This document shows positions 49,795 through 61,651 of a DNA stretch of 64,000 bases, piece by piece. This stretch comes from Mobula hypostoma (lineage: Eukaryota): the NCBI RefSeq assembly GCF_963921235.1, contig NC_086108.1, forward strand, positions 30,134,001 to 30,198,000. Direction: 5' to 3'. A model generated the notes under the pieces. The model saw nothing but the letters and a program-made list of their open reading frames with translations. It searched no databases and had not been told where the DNA came from. The first letter of the stretch is position 1; each line of letters starts with the position of its first letter. The position numbers and the translations under genes were made by a program.

Positions 49795-50289
49795 TGTCGT
49801 ACTGGACAGACCCGATGCAAAGACAAAAGTACCACAAAAACACTAACACACGTAATTATTTTTCAAACCTTTATTCTTTACTCATAGCATGCTACGGGAG
49901 AAGTTACAGACTGATCTCCCAAAAGAGCCAGTCCAGACACTGCCCCCGAATTACACAGTTCTCCATAATTTATAACACTGATCAGGTAGCAGGAAATCTT
50001 ACGATTACAAGTTTAGACAATATTAGAATAATTTCAATCACACGCTAAGGTACAATTAGATGTAAAATAATCATTGGTTAGTTATTTATAATTATTTTAA
50101 GCCAAAGCTAGCCCATCAGTTCCTCATTTGGACCCTTCCCCTTTTCTCCAGAACATTGTAGCCCTTACACTATTCTTCCCATATTTGGCTGTACTTTGAG
50201 CTGCTTCTGCATGATCAGATAGTTCCTTATTTGAGCCTTTGCCTATCTTTAGAGAATAATGACTAGTACAGCACTGGTTGCTGGGTAAA
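49795..50289 (-). repeat. ERV 5' LTR, missing ~110 bp of outer U3
   Basis: Aligns to 41544 to ~42040. Similarity stops after ctggttgctgggtaaa. Confidence 0.9.
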
Positions 50290-50329
50290 GTGTTAGGGCT
50301 CCTGTAATTTTTTCACTAGTCTCCCACAG

Positions 50330-51150
50330 GATGCACAGGAACAACTTGTCAGGCCCTGGGAATTAATCCACCCTGATTTCCCTCAAAACAGAATGCTACT
50401 TCTGTCTGACCAATGTGTCTGATTTCTTTGCTAAGAAGAAGAAATCCATTCAATACCCCAATCTCCCTTCATCCATGAGACCTATAGCACACGATAATAG
50501 CGTTCCAGTACTGAAGCTACCAGAGGCATGGAATTTAAAGGAGGCAGATGAAGATGCCATGATGCATCAAGGACGGGTTTGTCAAAGACAAAAGCAGAAG
50601 TTTTGGGTTCAAGACTGCAAGGATGGAATCTGCTGTCACCTGGCACAAAAATTCCGTCTTTCACAGTAGCCATGAAGCTACAAGTCAAACAGGTCATCAA
50701 TGATAGGCAATTCAAAGAACTTCCAGTGGGACCGGAGAAAATCACATGGAAGGCATTCAAGGAAATTGCTGAAAAATTTCTTGCCAACTACAAAGCACCA
50801 AACTACGTGCAGCTGGTTGACAACATGCTTCAGGCATACAAAACCATGAAGTTCAACATGTCACTAATGAATCATTTTCTGCATTCCCATTTAGATTTCT
50901 TCTCTGCAAATCCTGGCACTGTCAGGGATAAGCATGGAGAAAGTTTCACCAGGACATTGTGGTCATAGCAGAAATGGTATCAGGGCAACTGGAATCCTTC
51001 AAAGCTGGCTGATTATTTTTGCACACTTAAGTGAGAAGTCTCAGGCACTGAGTACAAATGAAAATCATCAACAAAACATTTTTAGCTTAGTTGAACTATT
51101 GCCAAGTGTCAGCATTGTAATGTAATTGAATACATTATATTCAATAAAAG
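50330..51150 (+). mobile_element. Chapaev3-like (CMC) DNA transposase remnant with internal deletions
   Basis: KKSIQYPNLPSSMRPIAH, SKTKAEVLGSRLQGWNLL and NMSLMNHFLHSHLDFF...DKHGESF (50415-50968). Confidence 0.75.
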
Positions 51151-51168
51151 TATTATATTTATTTCATT

Positions 51169-53612
51169 GATATATTATTCATAAAGCTGTCATTTTTAGA
51201 GATAGTTGTGTGAGAGTTGAGAGCTCTAACTATTTTTAGCCAGGGCATCAAAGGATATGGGGAGAAGGCAGGGGAGTGGGGATGACTGGAAGAATTGGAT
51301 CAGCCCATGATTGAATGTCCTACATCTGCTCCTATAACTTATGGTCTTAAATAATGAGAAAATCCACCAACGGCATTCACCTGCCCTCACCAAAGCCTTG
51401 AAGAGACAAAGCCTTAACTCCCCACTCCAACACTGGCCCACCCACACAATGGCCACTCGGCTTACATCTAACTTCTTTTTACTGGTCCTTGCCAAATGCT
51501 TAACTATGCACAATCCAATGTCACCTCAAGCCTGTGCTGCACAAAATGTACCAACTGCCCCTGCTTGCTTCTTTTAAAATCTGTCCCCCTATACACAATC
51601 CATAGACCTCTCTACGGATTGCGTAGAAGGAGGGATTGCTTCTCATTTATTTGTAGTAATTTTATAAATTGTGTCATTCCTTAACAGACTTGATGTAAAG
51701 CAAAGGTTTGCCATTGTTTTATATACTTTCTTACCCGTGTGGGTGTATGAAGGCAAAACTCAACAGTAGTTTGCCTGAAGCTTGCTCACCACTATTGCTC
51801 AATTACATCTCACAAGTGCCCACAGATGTACTGGGCTGGTAGAACTGTTTCCAACTCAAATCCCACAATGCAGCAGTATTAGGATGACTTCAGCCCATTA
51901 AAGAGACATTAAATCATATCCCAAGCAAGTCAGGAATGGGAGCCCTTCTGGTTTATTACAGTCTCTGTCGATCTGCATTCAGAAAGCAAGTTAGTGATAT
52001 GGAGATCTAAGAAGTGGGAGAGGATAGGGAGAGAATAATGAGGTTCTCTGAAAGAGGTATTGAACTGCTGGAGCAGAAGTAGAAGATGCATGTCAGATGG
52101 TGGATCCTCTACTACAGAATGATGGCAGGAAAAATACTTTAATGTTACTAGATGTCAGTCATCTTTACAGCATTAAGACCGTAAGACATAGGAGCAGAAT
52201 TAGGCCATCTGGCCCACAGAGTCTGCTGCACCATCTAACCATGGCTGGACCTTTTTTTTACCCTCCTCCTCAACCCCAGTTCCCAACCTTCTCCCCGTAT
52301 CAGATTTTTAATCATTGCTGATAGGCAGACTGACAGACAAGCTTATAAACACAGATACTTAGACATCTACACACTTACACACAGATACTTTCACTTCTAC
52401 ACCCTTATACACACAGATACTTAGACATCTACACTTACACACAGATACTTACACATCTACACCCTTATACACACAGATACTTAGACATCTATACTGTTAC
52501 ACACAGATACTTAGACATCTACACCCTTACACACAGATATTTAGACATCTACACCCTTGTACACACAGATACCTAGACATCTACACCTTTACACACACAG
52601 ATACTTAGACATCTACACCCTTGTACACACAGATACCTAGACATCTACACCTTTACACACACAGACACTTAGACATCTACACCTTTACACACACAGATAC
52701 TTAGATATCTACACCCTTATACACACAGATACTTAGACATCTACACCTTTACACGCACAGACACTTAGACATCTACACCTTTACACACACAGATACTTAG
52801 ACATCTACACCCTTGTACACACAGATACCTAGACACCTACACCCTTATACATTCAGACTCTGTCACTCAGGCACTCTTCTGCATTTCCCACCCCCGTCAT
52901 CTCATACATCTCCTATCTTTGAAAGTAGTCCACAACCTCACCACATCATAGATCAGGTCTGTAAGTGTAGACTGCATTGCTTACTTTCCTTTAAAGCTTC
53001 CACTGCGGTGTAAATTGCCTAGAATAAAGAGGAGGTCACCAGAACGAAAGGAAGGTGCAGAGGGTTGTTGCAGGAGAGTTGCGTTGTGGGAGTGTATCTC
53101 AAACGCACCACTTCAGTAAGCTTGAAGACAAGAGCCTTCCCTTCATTGAGGGGCATTCAAGATAGCCATTAAATGTCACAGAATTATCTATAATGCACTC
53201 TTGGCTACTTTGAGCCATCAAAGTACACTAGAATGCAAGTGAGCAGTGCCTCAAGGGTGGTGAAGCACGGTTGTTATGTCTTCTGTTATTGTGATAATCC
53301 AAGAGGCCTATAAATAATGTCTAAATTCAGGGTTCCATCAGTGTTGCACTTTGCTGCAGCAAGATTGACAAATGAAAGTGATTTTCCAGATTTAAGCTAT
53401 TTAATTTATGTCAGTAAGCTTTAAAATGTGCATTGAACAATTGACATCACTGGGTGTATGTCTTTTGGGAATACTTTCAACTTTGTACCATAAAACCGAA
53501 CTAGAAGTTTCCATTATGACTTTTTTGAAATTAGTACAAAATTAATAGTCAATTAATTTCTCAACTCTCACATAACTATCTCTAAAAATGACAGCTTTAT
53601 GAATAATATATC
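51169..53612. repeat. 54-bp inverted repeat pair (51169-51222 and 53559-53612)
   Basis: gatatattattcataaagctgtcatttttagagatagttgtgtgagagttgaga matches the reverse complement of the second copy with one mismatch. Confidence 0.92.
52345..52852. repeat. Minisatellite with a ~29-33 bp unit
   Basis: About 16 units of acacagatacttagacatctacacccttatac. Confidence 0.95.
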
Positions 53613-53989
53613 TATTTTTCCACAAAACCTAGATTTGGAGTCAGAGGTGTCAAAAGCTATGCTACAAATGAATTGTCAGTAGCAATCTTTTCCTATATCA
53701 AATAGCTTTTAATGTTGGATTTCCCCCAGCAAATCCCACAATTCTTTAGGCATTGGTTCAATCGGAATGTGTTCATTTGATGATTGAAACATACCCTTAT
53801 AAACAGTTGGACAGATTCATTCTGGTAAAGTCCAACTTTTTAAAGAGCAAAAAAGAATCATGTGTTTGCACACAAGACTTTTACTTTTAATGGCTCAAGG
53901 ACTGGGGCATTAAATATGAGTTATTTATTTTACAGATTAAATCTATTAAGCCATCTGCTGCTTGGGTAATTAAAAATGTTTGAACATGA

Positions 53990-55385
53990 TCTGAAAAAAT
54001 CTCTGACAGGTAGTAAAGTGGAATAGCATTGGCTTTCTGGGAGAAGTCAGAGAGTGGTAGTAGATGGATGCTTCTCTGACTAGACGCCCGTGACTAGTGG
54101 AGTCCCGCAGGGATTGGTTCTGGATTTGCTGTCTGTCATCTATATCAAAGATCTGGATGATAATGTGGTTAACTGGATCTGCAAATTTGCAGATGACACC
54201 AAGATTGGGGGTGTAGTTGACGAGAATATCAGAGCTTGGTGTGGGATCCGGACCAGTTGGTAAAATCGGCTGAAAAAGTGGCAAATGGAATTTAATGCCG
54301 TCAAGTGTGAGGTGTTGCACCAACCAGGGTAGGTCATATAGAGTGAGCGTTCTGGGGAGTGCGGTAGAACTAAAGGATCTGGGAATACAGGTCCATAATT
54401 CATTGAATGTGGCATCACAGATAGACAGGGTCATAAAGAATGTTCTTGGCACATTGGTCTTCATAAATTGAAGTACTGAGTACAGGAGATGGGATGTTAT
54501 GTTGAATTTGTACAAAATATTAGTCAGACCTTTTTGGAGTATTGTGTGCATTTTGGTCACCTACCTATAGGAAAAGATGTAAATAAGGTTGAAAGAGTAC
54601 ATAGAAAATTTACAAGGATGTTGCTGGGACTGGAGGACATTAGTTATAAGGAAAGATTGAATAGGTTAGGACTTTATTCCATGGAATGTAGAAGATTGAG
54701 GGGAGATTTGATAGAGATATACAAAATTATGAGAAGTATAGGTATTTGTAGTAAATGCAAGCAGGCGCTGATCAGTAATCAGGAAACTATCAACTTCTGC
54801 TTTAGCTACACCCATGGACTTGGCCTCCACCTTAGTCTGTGGCAGAGTATTCCACAGATTCACTGCTCTCTGGCTAAAAGAGATTCATCCTTACCTCTGT
54901 TCTAAAAGGTCACCCCTCAATTTTGAGGCTGTGGCCTCTAGTTCTGGATACCCCGAACAACCAAAAACTGATGGCACCACATAGAACGAAGCAGTTCACG
55001 ATTGCACAATACAGTGCTGGTAAGCTATCATTCTAAAGCTCACATTCCAGACTGCATTCTCTCTTATCCTCACACTACAGATGGCAGTATATGAGATTCT
55101 GTGCAACTGCAACTAGAGGTCATGGGTTAAGGATGGAAAGTGAAAAGTTTAAGGGGAAATTCTTCACTCAGAGGCTTGTGGAAGTGGAATGAGCTGCCAG
55201 CACAAGTGGTGCATGCAAGCTTGATTTCAACATTTAAGAGAAAAGTATGGATAGGTACATGGATAGTAGGGGTATGGGTGGCAATGGTCTGGTGCAGGTC
55301 AACTGGAGTAGGCAGTTTAATGGTTCGGAATGGACCAGGTGGGCAGAATCACCTGTTTCAGTGCTGTACTTTTCTATGACTCTCT
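53990..55385 (+). mobile_element. CR1 LINE 3' part containing a 314-bp foreign insert
   Basis: gactagtggagtcccgcaggga, tttgcagatgacacc and VERVHRKFTRMLLGLE. CR1 resumes at ~55110. Confidence 0.85.
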
Positions 55386-55449
55386 AACATCCTCCTTCAC
55401 CTTAACTGAAACTTTTCCACAATTAGATCCAGAATTCAATATATGAAAT

Positions 55450-56220
55450 TTATACTTTATACTTTATTGTCGCCGAACAATTGACACTTGAACGTACAAT
55501 CATCACAGCAATATTTGATTCTGCGCTTCCCGCTCCCTGGATTACTAATGAATAGTAAATATTAAAAATTTAAATTATAAATCATAAATAGAAAATAGAA
55601 AAATAGAAAGTAAGGTAGTGCAAAAAAAAACCGAGAGGCAGGTCCGGATATTTGGAGGGTACGGCCCAGATCCGGGTCAGGATCCGTTCAGCAGTCTTAT
55701 CTCAGTTGGAAAGAAGCTGTTCCCAAATCTGGCCGTATGAGTCTTCAAGCTCCTGAGCCTTCTCCCGGAGGGAAGAGGGACGAAAAGTGTGTTGGCTGGG
55801 TGGGTCATGTCCTTGATTATCCTGGCAGCACTGCTCCGACAGCATGCGGTGTAGAGTCCACGGATGGAAGATTGGTTTGTGTGATGTGCTGTGCCGTGTT
55901 CACGATCTTCTGCAGCTTCTTTCGGTCTTGGACAGGACAACTTCCATACCAGGTTGTGATGCACCCTAGAAGAATGCTTCCTAAGGTGCATCTATAAAAA
56001 TTAGTGAGGGTTTTAGGGGACAGGCCAAATTTCTTTAGTTTTCTCAGGAAGTAAAGGCACTGGTGGGCCTTCTTGGCAGTGGACTCTGCTTGGTTGGACC
56101 AAGTCAGGTCAGTTGTGATATTGACCCCGAGGAACTTAAAGCTTTTGACCTGTTCCACTTGCGCACCACCGATGTAAATTGGGTCGTGCGGTCCAATACT
56201 CCTTCTGAAGTCAATAACCA
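55450..56220 (-). mobile_element. Rex1/Babar-like LINE 3' end, relatively well preserved
   Basis: VIDFRR...FKFLGVNITTDLTWS...LYFLRKLKKFGL...GCITTWYG and LPSGRRLRSL. (TTTATAC)n tail at ~55450. Confidence 0.85.
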
Positions 56221-57278
56221 ATTATAAATTGTGAATTATTTACCTTGCCTTTCACAAACAAAGTGGGAAGGAACCTCATCTGGAGTGTTAGCAGTGCAAG
56301 GTGAACAAAAATTTAATGGAGTCCTTATGGTTTGCTGATGTTCTTCTCAGAATGCAGCACCAGCAGTTCTACATTTGGCTTCACAATTATAACGAACTAA
56401 CTTCCAGTCTGTTTCTTCTAAGGCAGTCCCTTGGAATTGAGGGTAACTTGCTTGCATTCTGGTTTTGTAAGGTTCTGAGATGTCTCATGAGAGAACATCA
56501 GACCCTTCCACAGAAGGGCAAGAGTTACCTGATAAGGCAGGACTGGTGGGTGGTTTACGAGGTGCCGTTCTCCTTCCACTGCTATTGCAGGCTTTCTGTG
56601 TATGTTTGATACATGGACACAAATCTCCAATAACTATCCAGCAGAAGCATTATTTGCAACTCAACATTTGATTTCCCTTTGGGACTATGACTAAACACAG
56701 ATAGTTCCTGATCAGTTCATGTAATCTTATGATTTAATTTTTTTTAATTGACAGGTGTCCGGGGATGGATAGCACCTCTGGTGAAGGGACGTCGTGTCCT
56801 GACCTTCCAGCCAGCTCACTCACCTTTGGTCCATACCTGGAACTCAGCGCTTACCTGTGGCACTAAGTAATTGTTTGCATGTGACAGCAGCCACGCCCGG
56901 TGAAGTAGGGATGTACTGTCCTGGAATGTGAAGGCAGCTCTGGTGGACTGGATGGCTGACATGAACAGCAAGATCCAATGGCCAAGAAAGCAGCTCTGCA
57001 ACACTTTGTAGAGCATGAAAGGCATGACAAGGCACAGAAGCCATCGTGATCATCCAGTGCAACCGAGGAAGACCCCAGTCGTGACAACTATTCATACCAC
57101 TGGAACCGGCGGTCAAAAGAGTGGAATTGCCCCAATGCAACAGTTTTTCCACTTTAAAAACCCACCTGCACAAGTCTTTTTGTGCAGCTCATATAATCTC
57201 ATCTGTTCATCATTGAATACAACTGACAACCAATCATGATTTGATAACATTGACTGGCTTTATTCAAAACATTTCTGC

Positions 57279-57458
57279 ATTTTCAAAAATAATAGGCAGT
57301 CATTGTTCATTCCCCATTGGTTTCCTACAAATGGAAAAGCTGAATTTGCTTCACATAACTACATAGTGAAGGGTGTAATTATGCAAAGCACATTCTGCTT
57401 ATCCATTTGTAGGAAACCAATGAGGCATGAACAATGACCGCCTATTATTATTGAAAAT
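57279..57458. repeat. ~180-bp imperfect palindrome (hairpin)
   Basis: attttcaaaaataataggcagtcattgttcat...ttggtttcctacaaatgga is mirrored by tccatttgtaggaaaccaa...atgaacaatgaccgcctattattattgaaaat. Confidence 0.9.
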
Positions 57459-58239
57459 ACATAACTGTAAAGTTTACGGAGGAAAAGGGATATTTGGCTA
57501 ATGATTTTGTGTTACGTGGGGCCTCTTTATGGTGGAAAATGGGTTTTCCTGATACAAATAATAGCAAGAGTCCAGATGAAAGGTCTCCACCCAAAATGTT
57601 AACTGTCTGTTTCCCTCCATGGATGCTGCTTGACCCTCTCAGTTCCTCCAGCATTTTGTTTGTTGCTCCTGATGCAAGTAGACACCTCATAAGAGAACTG
57701 GGCCAAAGACCATTGAGTCTGCTCCACTATTCCATCATGGCTGATCCCAGATCCCACTCAACCCCATTCATCTGCCTTCTCACCAAATCCTTTAATGACT
57801 TGACCAATCAGGAAACTATCAACTTCTGCTTTAAATATACCCACATACTTGGCCTCCACCGCAGTCTGTGGCAGAGCATTCCAGAGATTCACCACTCTCT
57901 GGCTAAAAGAAATTCCTCCTTACCTCTATTCTAAAAGGTCACCCTTCAAGTTTGAGGCTGTGGCCTCTAGTTCTGGATACTCCCAACAACCAACAACTGA
58001 TGGCATCACATAGAACGAAGCAGTTCACAATTGCATAGTGCAGTGCTGGTACACTGTCATTCTAAATCTCACATTCCAGACTGCATTCTCTCTTATCCTC
58101 ACACTACAGATGGCAGTATCTGACCGCATGAAGGAATCTTACCAGTGGCAGTCAAAGGATATGCTACCTTGCTGGATTATTTCTTCTGGCTGTTGATACA
58201 ATAGTGCATTTTCTCGTAACTTTCCACAACTTAAGACAA

Positions 58240-58900
58240 AATAAATTTATTATCAAAGTAAATATGTCACCATATACAGCCCTGAGATTCATTTTCTTGT
58301 GGGCATACTCAATAAAACTACAGAATAATAACCATAACAGAATCAATGAAAGACCACACAACTAGAGCGTTCAACCAGTGTGCAACAGACAACAAACTGT
58401 GCAAGTACAAGAAGTAATAATAGTAAATAAATAAGCAATAGATATCAAGAAAATGAGAGGAAGAGTCCATAAAAGGGAATTCATTAGGTGTGGGAACATT
58501 TCAATGATTGGGTAAGTGTAGCTGAGTGAAGTTATCCCCTTTGGTTCAACAGCCTGATGGCTGAGGGGTAATAACTGTTCCTGAACCTGGTGGTGGGGGT
58601 CCTGAAGCTCTTGTACCTTCTTCCTGAAGGCAGCAGTGAGAAGACATCTTTATCCTGGGTAGTGGGAAGGGTCCCTACTGACAGGTGCCGCTTTCCTACG
58701 ACAGTGTTTCATGTAGATATGCACAATGGTTGGGAGGGCTTTACCCATGATGGACTGTGCTGTATTTATGTTTATAGGATTTTGCATTCAAGGTCATTGG
58801 TGTTTCCACACCAGACAGTCAATACACTCTCCAGCATACATCAATAGAAGTTTTAGCTGTCATGCTGAATCTCCACAAACTCCAAGAGGCACTGCTATAG
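58240..58900 (-). mobile_element. Rex1/Babar-like LINE 3' fragment
   Basis: Same motifs as 8290-8660, with an aatttattatcaaagta tail. Confidence 0.62.
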
Positions 58901-59559
58901 TGGACCTAGGGCAGGTTCTCTGAAATAACATACTGCACTATTTGAGCTGTTTTATTGCTCAATTGAACCAAAAGTTGTTTCCAAACATTGATAGCCCAGC
59001 CCTCCCAGAGGGAAGTAAAGGATAATTAAATATATTCAGTACAGATATTGTGGACCAGAGAACCTTTGTTTGTGCTGCACTATCTTCAAGGTTGATATTA
59101 ACTGCATTTGAACAACAAGTGTGTCAAGAGTTTTGGGAGTGGACTAGAGCGTAGGAAAGTTATGTGGAAGACGAGATTCGATCAGCTATGACTTTGCTGA
59201 ATGGTGGAGTACCTGACTAGACTCATCCTGTTGCTCTCTTATGCCATGGGCAAGAGCCAGCATATGATGCAATGGTGGCATGTGGCACTGCAGTCATATC
59301 CTCTGCACACCTGCTGTCTTCACAGCCACTAAACCCAATCGTGGAAGTGATCCAATAGTCTATTTCAATGATGTATGAAGCACAAAAGTTGATTGAGATA
59401 CTGGAGGAACTTGACAGCTTTTAGTAGAAATGCTGATACTCAAAAGGGATCTTGGTGCATGAGTCACTGAAAGACAATAGGCAGAGACAGCAAGTGATTA
59501 CAAAGGCAAGTGGTATGTTGACTTTTTAGTGCATTATATAGAGATATTGAGATCATACC

Positions 59560-60130
59560 AGATTTGGTCATCTTATGCAGAGATATAGATAGCTAAAGAC
59601 CACAGCACCAGTGAGAAGGACCAAGAAAGTATGGTCAAGAGACTCCAAGGAGTTCTTACAAGATTGCTTTGAGTGAGTGGACTGGACAATATGCAGTAAT
59701 TCATCTTTGAATCTGAATGAATACACCACAGTTGTCACCAGCTTCATCAAGACCTGTGTGGACAAGTATGTGCCTTTCTAGAACATACCCACACCAAAAG
59801 CTGTGAATGAACTAGGAGATTCAGTCTCCTGACAGCTAGGTCTGTGGCATTTGAAACCAGTGATCAAGAATGAAACACATACAGCCTACAGAAGGCTATT
59901 TTAAGAGTGAAAAAAAAAACTATTCCGACTGAAGTTAGAAAGCAAGTCCGGTGCATGTCAACACTGACAGGGTTCGTAGACCATTATTTCCTACAGGGCA
60001 AAATCCAACATCATGAGTGTCTGATGTTTCACTCCCAAATGAACTCAGCATCTTCTATGCGTGCTTTGAAGAGGAAAATAAAAATTACATCTGTGCAAAT
60101 CCCTGTAGCATCTGGTAACACTGTTATCAT
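59560..60130 (+). mobile_element. Rex1/Babar-like LINE internal fragment
   Basis: gattgctttgag..gtggactgg and gaatgaatacaccacagttgtcacc resemble fragments at ~22730-23030 and ~26150-26350. Confidence 0.5.
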
Positions 60131-60658
60131 GAGAGTGGAAGACCTGGACATCCATATTAGACATTTTGAATTGGGCTCATTTCCTTTTCAGTAGCCCTAA
60201 ATGTTCAAAGACTTGGGGTCAGGAGATAATGATTGGCATTCATTTAGGCAACTGGTACTTCAATCACAGCTGAATTTCTTCCAAAATTACATTTCTGAAT
60301 ATTGTATCACTTTTTTTGTTTTAAATTTGACCACTGTTTTTAACGGTCTCATGTCTTGGTGATGACAAATAATTGGAGACAAGAAACTGCGGATACTGGG
60401 ATTTGGAGCAAAGAAGAAAATAACACTGCGGGAAGAACTCAGCAGAACAGGCAGCATAGCATCTGTGGAGGTATAGGTACAATCAATATTTCTGAATGAG
60501 ACCTTTTCTCAGGTGAATAATTGCCTAGAAAGAGAGTCACAATCACTGTTTGAGCTTTGCAATGTCACCTCAGCAGTTCATTATGCTCCCTACAGATTCT
60601 ACCTAACAGAATGGATTACAAATACACTACCAAAACGTCACACTCCACAAATTAGATT

Positions 60659-60664
60659 TTTATT
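60659..60664 (-). promoter_or_regulatory. Candidate PRDX6 polyadenylation signal AATAAA
   Basis: Plus-strand tttatt, about 125 nt downstream of the stop codon. Confidence 0.55.
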
Positions 60665-60787
60665 GGTAGAAGGCTTAATTAGAATTAATCTTTTACCATA
60701 AAATTCAATTTTATCTTCATACAATAACTGAATAAATGGACAGGCACAAGAGGTGTAGTGTAACTGAACTCAAGCTGCTGCCTGGTT

Positions 60788-60916
60788 TCAAGGTTGGGGT
60801 GTGAAGCGCATGTATTCCTTTGCAGAAGGGAGCTTCTCAGTGCGATATTTCTTTGGGAACAGTTGGGCTGCCTCCTCCGAACTAATGCTGGGAAGAATCA
60901 TGCATTCCCCACCCAC
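60788..60916 (-). CDS. PRDX6: Peroxiredoxin-6, last coding exon
   Basis: Acceptor tcttttctccacAG, phase 0. Translates VGGECMILPSISSEEAAQLFPKKYRTEKLPSAKEYMRFTPQP-stop, matching the 1-Cys peroxiredoxin C-terminus (LPSGKKYLRYTPQP). Not in the ORF track. Confidence 0.95.
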   Translation of the reverse strand: MGGECMILPSISSEEAAQLFPKKYRTEKLPSAKEYMRFTPQP

Positions 60917-61504
60917 CTGTGGAGAAAAGAAATGCATTTTAGACTAACTTTGATTATTCATCAAAGTTCTTAAAAATGAAACCACAGCAAACTCTGCAAA
61001 TTCTAGTCTAAGCCTAGCTATTACAGTAAATGGTGCCCAGTGTTTATTAATTTCTCTTATCTATGGGACAGAAAATTCATAATTTCTGCATTGAACCAAA
61101 AAAACCCAAACATTTTCCCTGTTTTCTCTCATTATAGTTATCAGGAAGAGACATAAAATGAGGAATGGATTTGTAATCATCTATTTCATTTTCCCTTTAG
61201 CCAAAAACATTAAAATTGCACCCCAGCCTCTCACCAAATCAATTGTACATTTCCCACAGAAATTCATCAATTTACGAATTTGTGTTTCAGGTCATTAACT
61301 TTTCAACAAACTTTCTGTTTGCAATAAATTCACCCCTTTATAAAATATGCAAAATATTACTTAAAATATTTCCTTTTGTGAATAGATTGGTTGCATTTTG
61401 TGCTCTTATTTGATTGTTAGCTAACTAATGCAATTTATACAATGCAGTATTTAAAAGAGAAGGTAAAAAAAACAAAGATAATTGAGTGTTCAGTTTATCC
61501 TCAC

Positions 61505-61651
61505 CTTCCAGTTCACAGGTGTGGCAACTTTCTTGCAAGCTGTCAACTGCAGAGAGTCAATAGCTCTTAGAATTTCATCAAAATTCCTCCCAGTGGTCGC
61601 TGGGTAGAGGATGGACAACTTCATTTTCTTATCAGGGCCAATCACAAACAC
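61505..61651 (-). CDS. PRDX6: Peroxiredoxin-6, penultimate coding exon (147 bp)
   Basis: cAG acceptor and GTGA donor. Translates [49 protein letters not shown]. Confidence 0.97.

Larger units (their letters stand above)
41544..50289 (-). mobile_element. Defective endogenous retrovirus (class I, gamma/epsilon-like): LTR-PBS-gag-pol-env-PPT-LTR
   Basis: Paired LTRs, tRNA-Arg PBS, PPT, gag late motifs, RT, RNase H, integrase and an env TM region, all in retroviral order on the minus strand. Confidence 0.93.
54777..58119 (+). repeat. 314-bp dispersed direct duplication (54777-55090 and 57806-58119)
   Basis: Both copies run collinearly from aatcaggaaactatcaac to cagatggcagtat, with scattered substitutions. 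Confidence 0.92.

Noticed and set aside
52345..52852. CRISPR-like regular repeat
   Set aside because: The units are contiguous with no unique spacers, there are no cas genes and the context is eukaryotic.
55070..55090. CTCF-like motif in the duplicated segment (ctacagatggcagta)
   Set aside because: Only a partial match by eye, which cannot be supported without a PWM scan or ChIP data.
56750..57175. ORFs 56816-57239 as host exons
   Set aside because: No recognisable protein or splice structure. The sequence looks like a retroposon UTR fragment I cannot assign.
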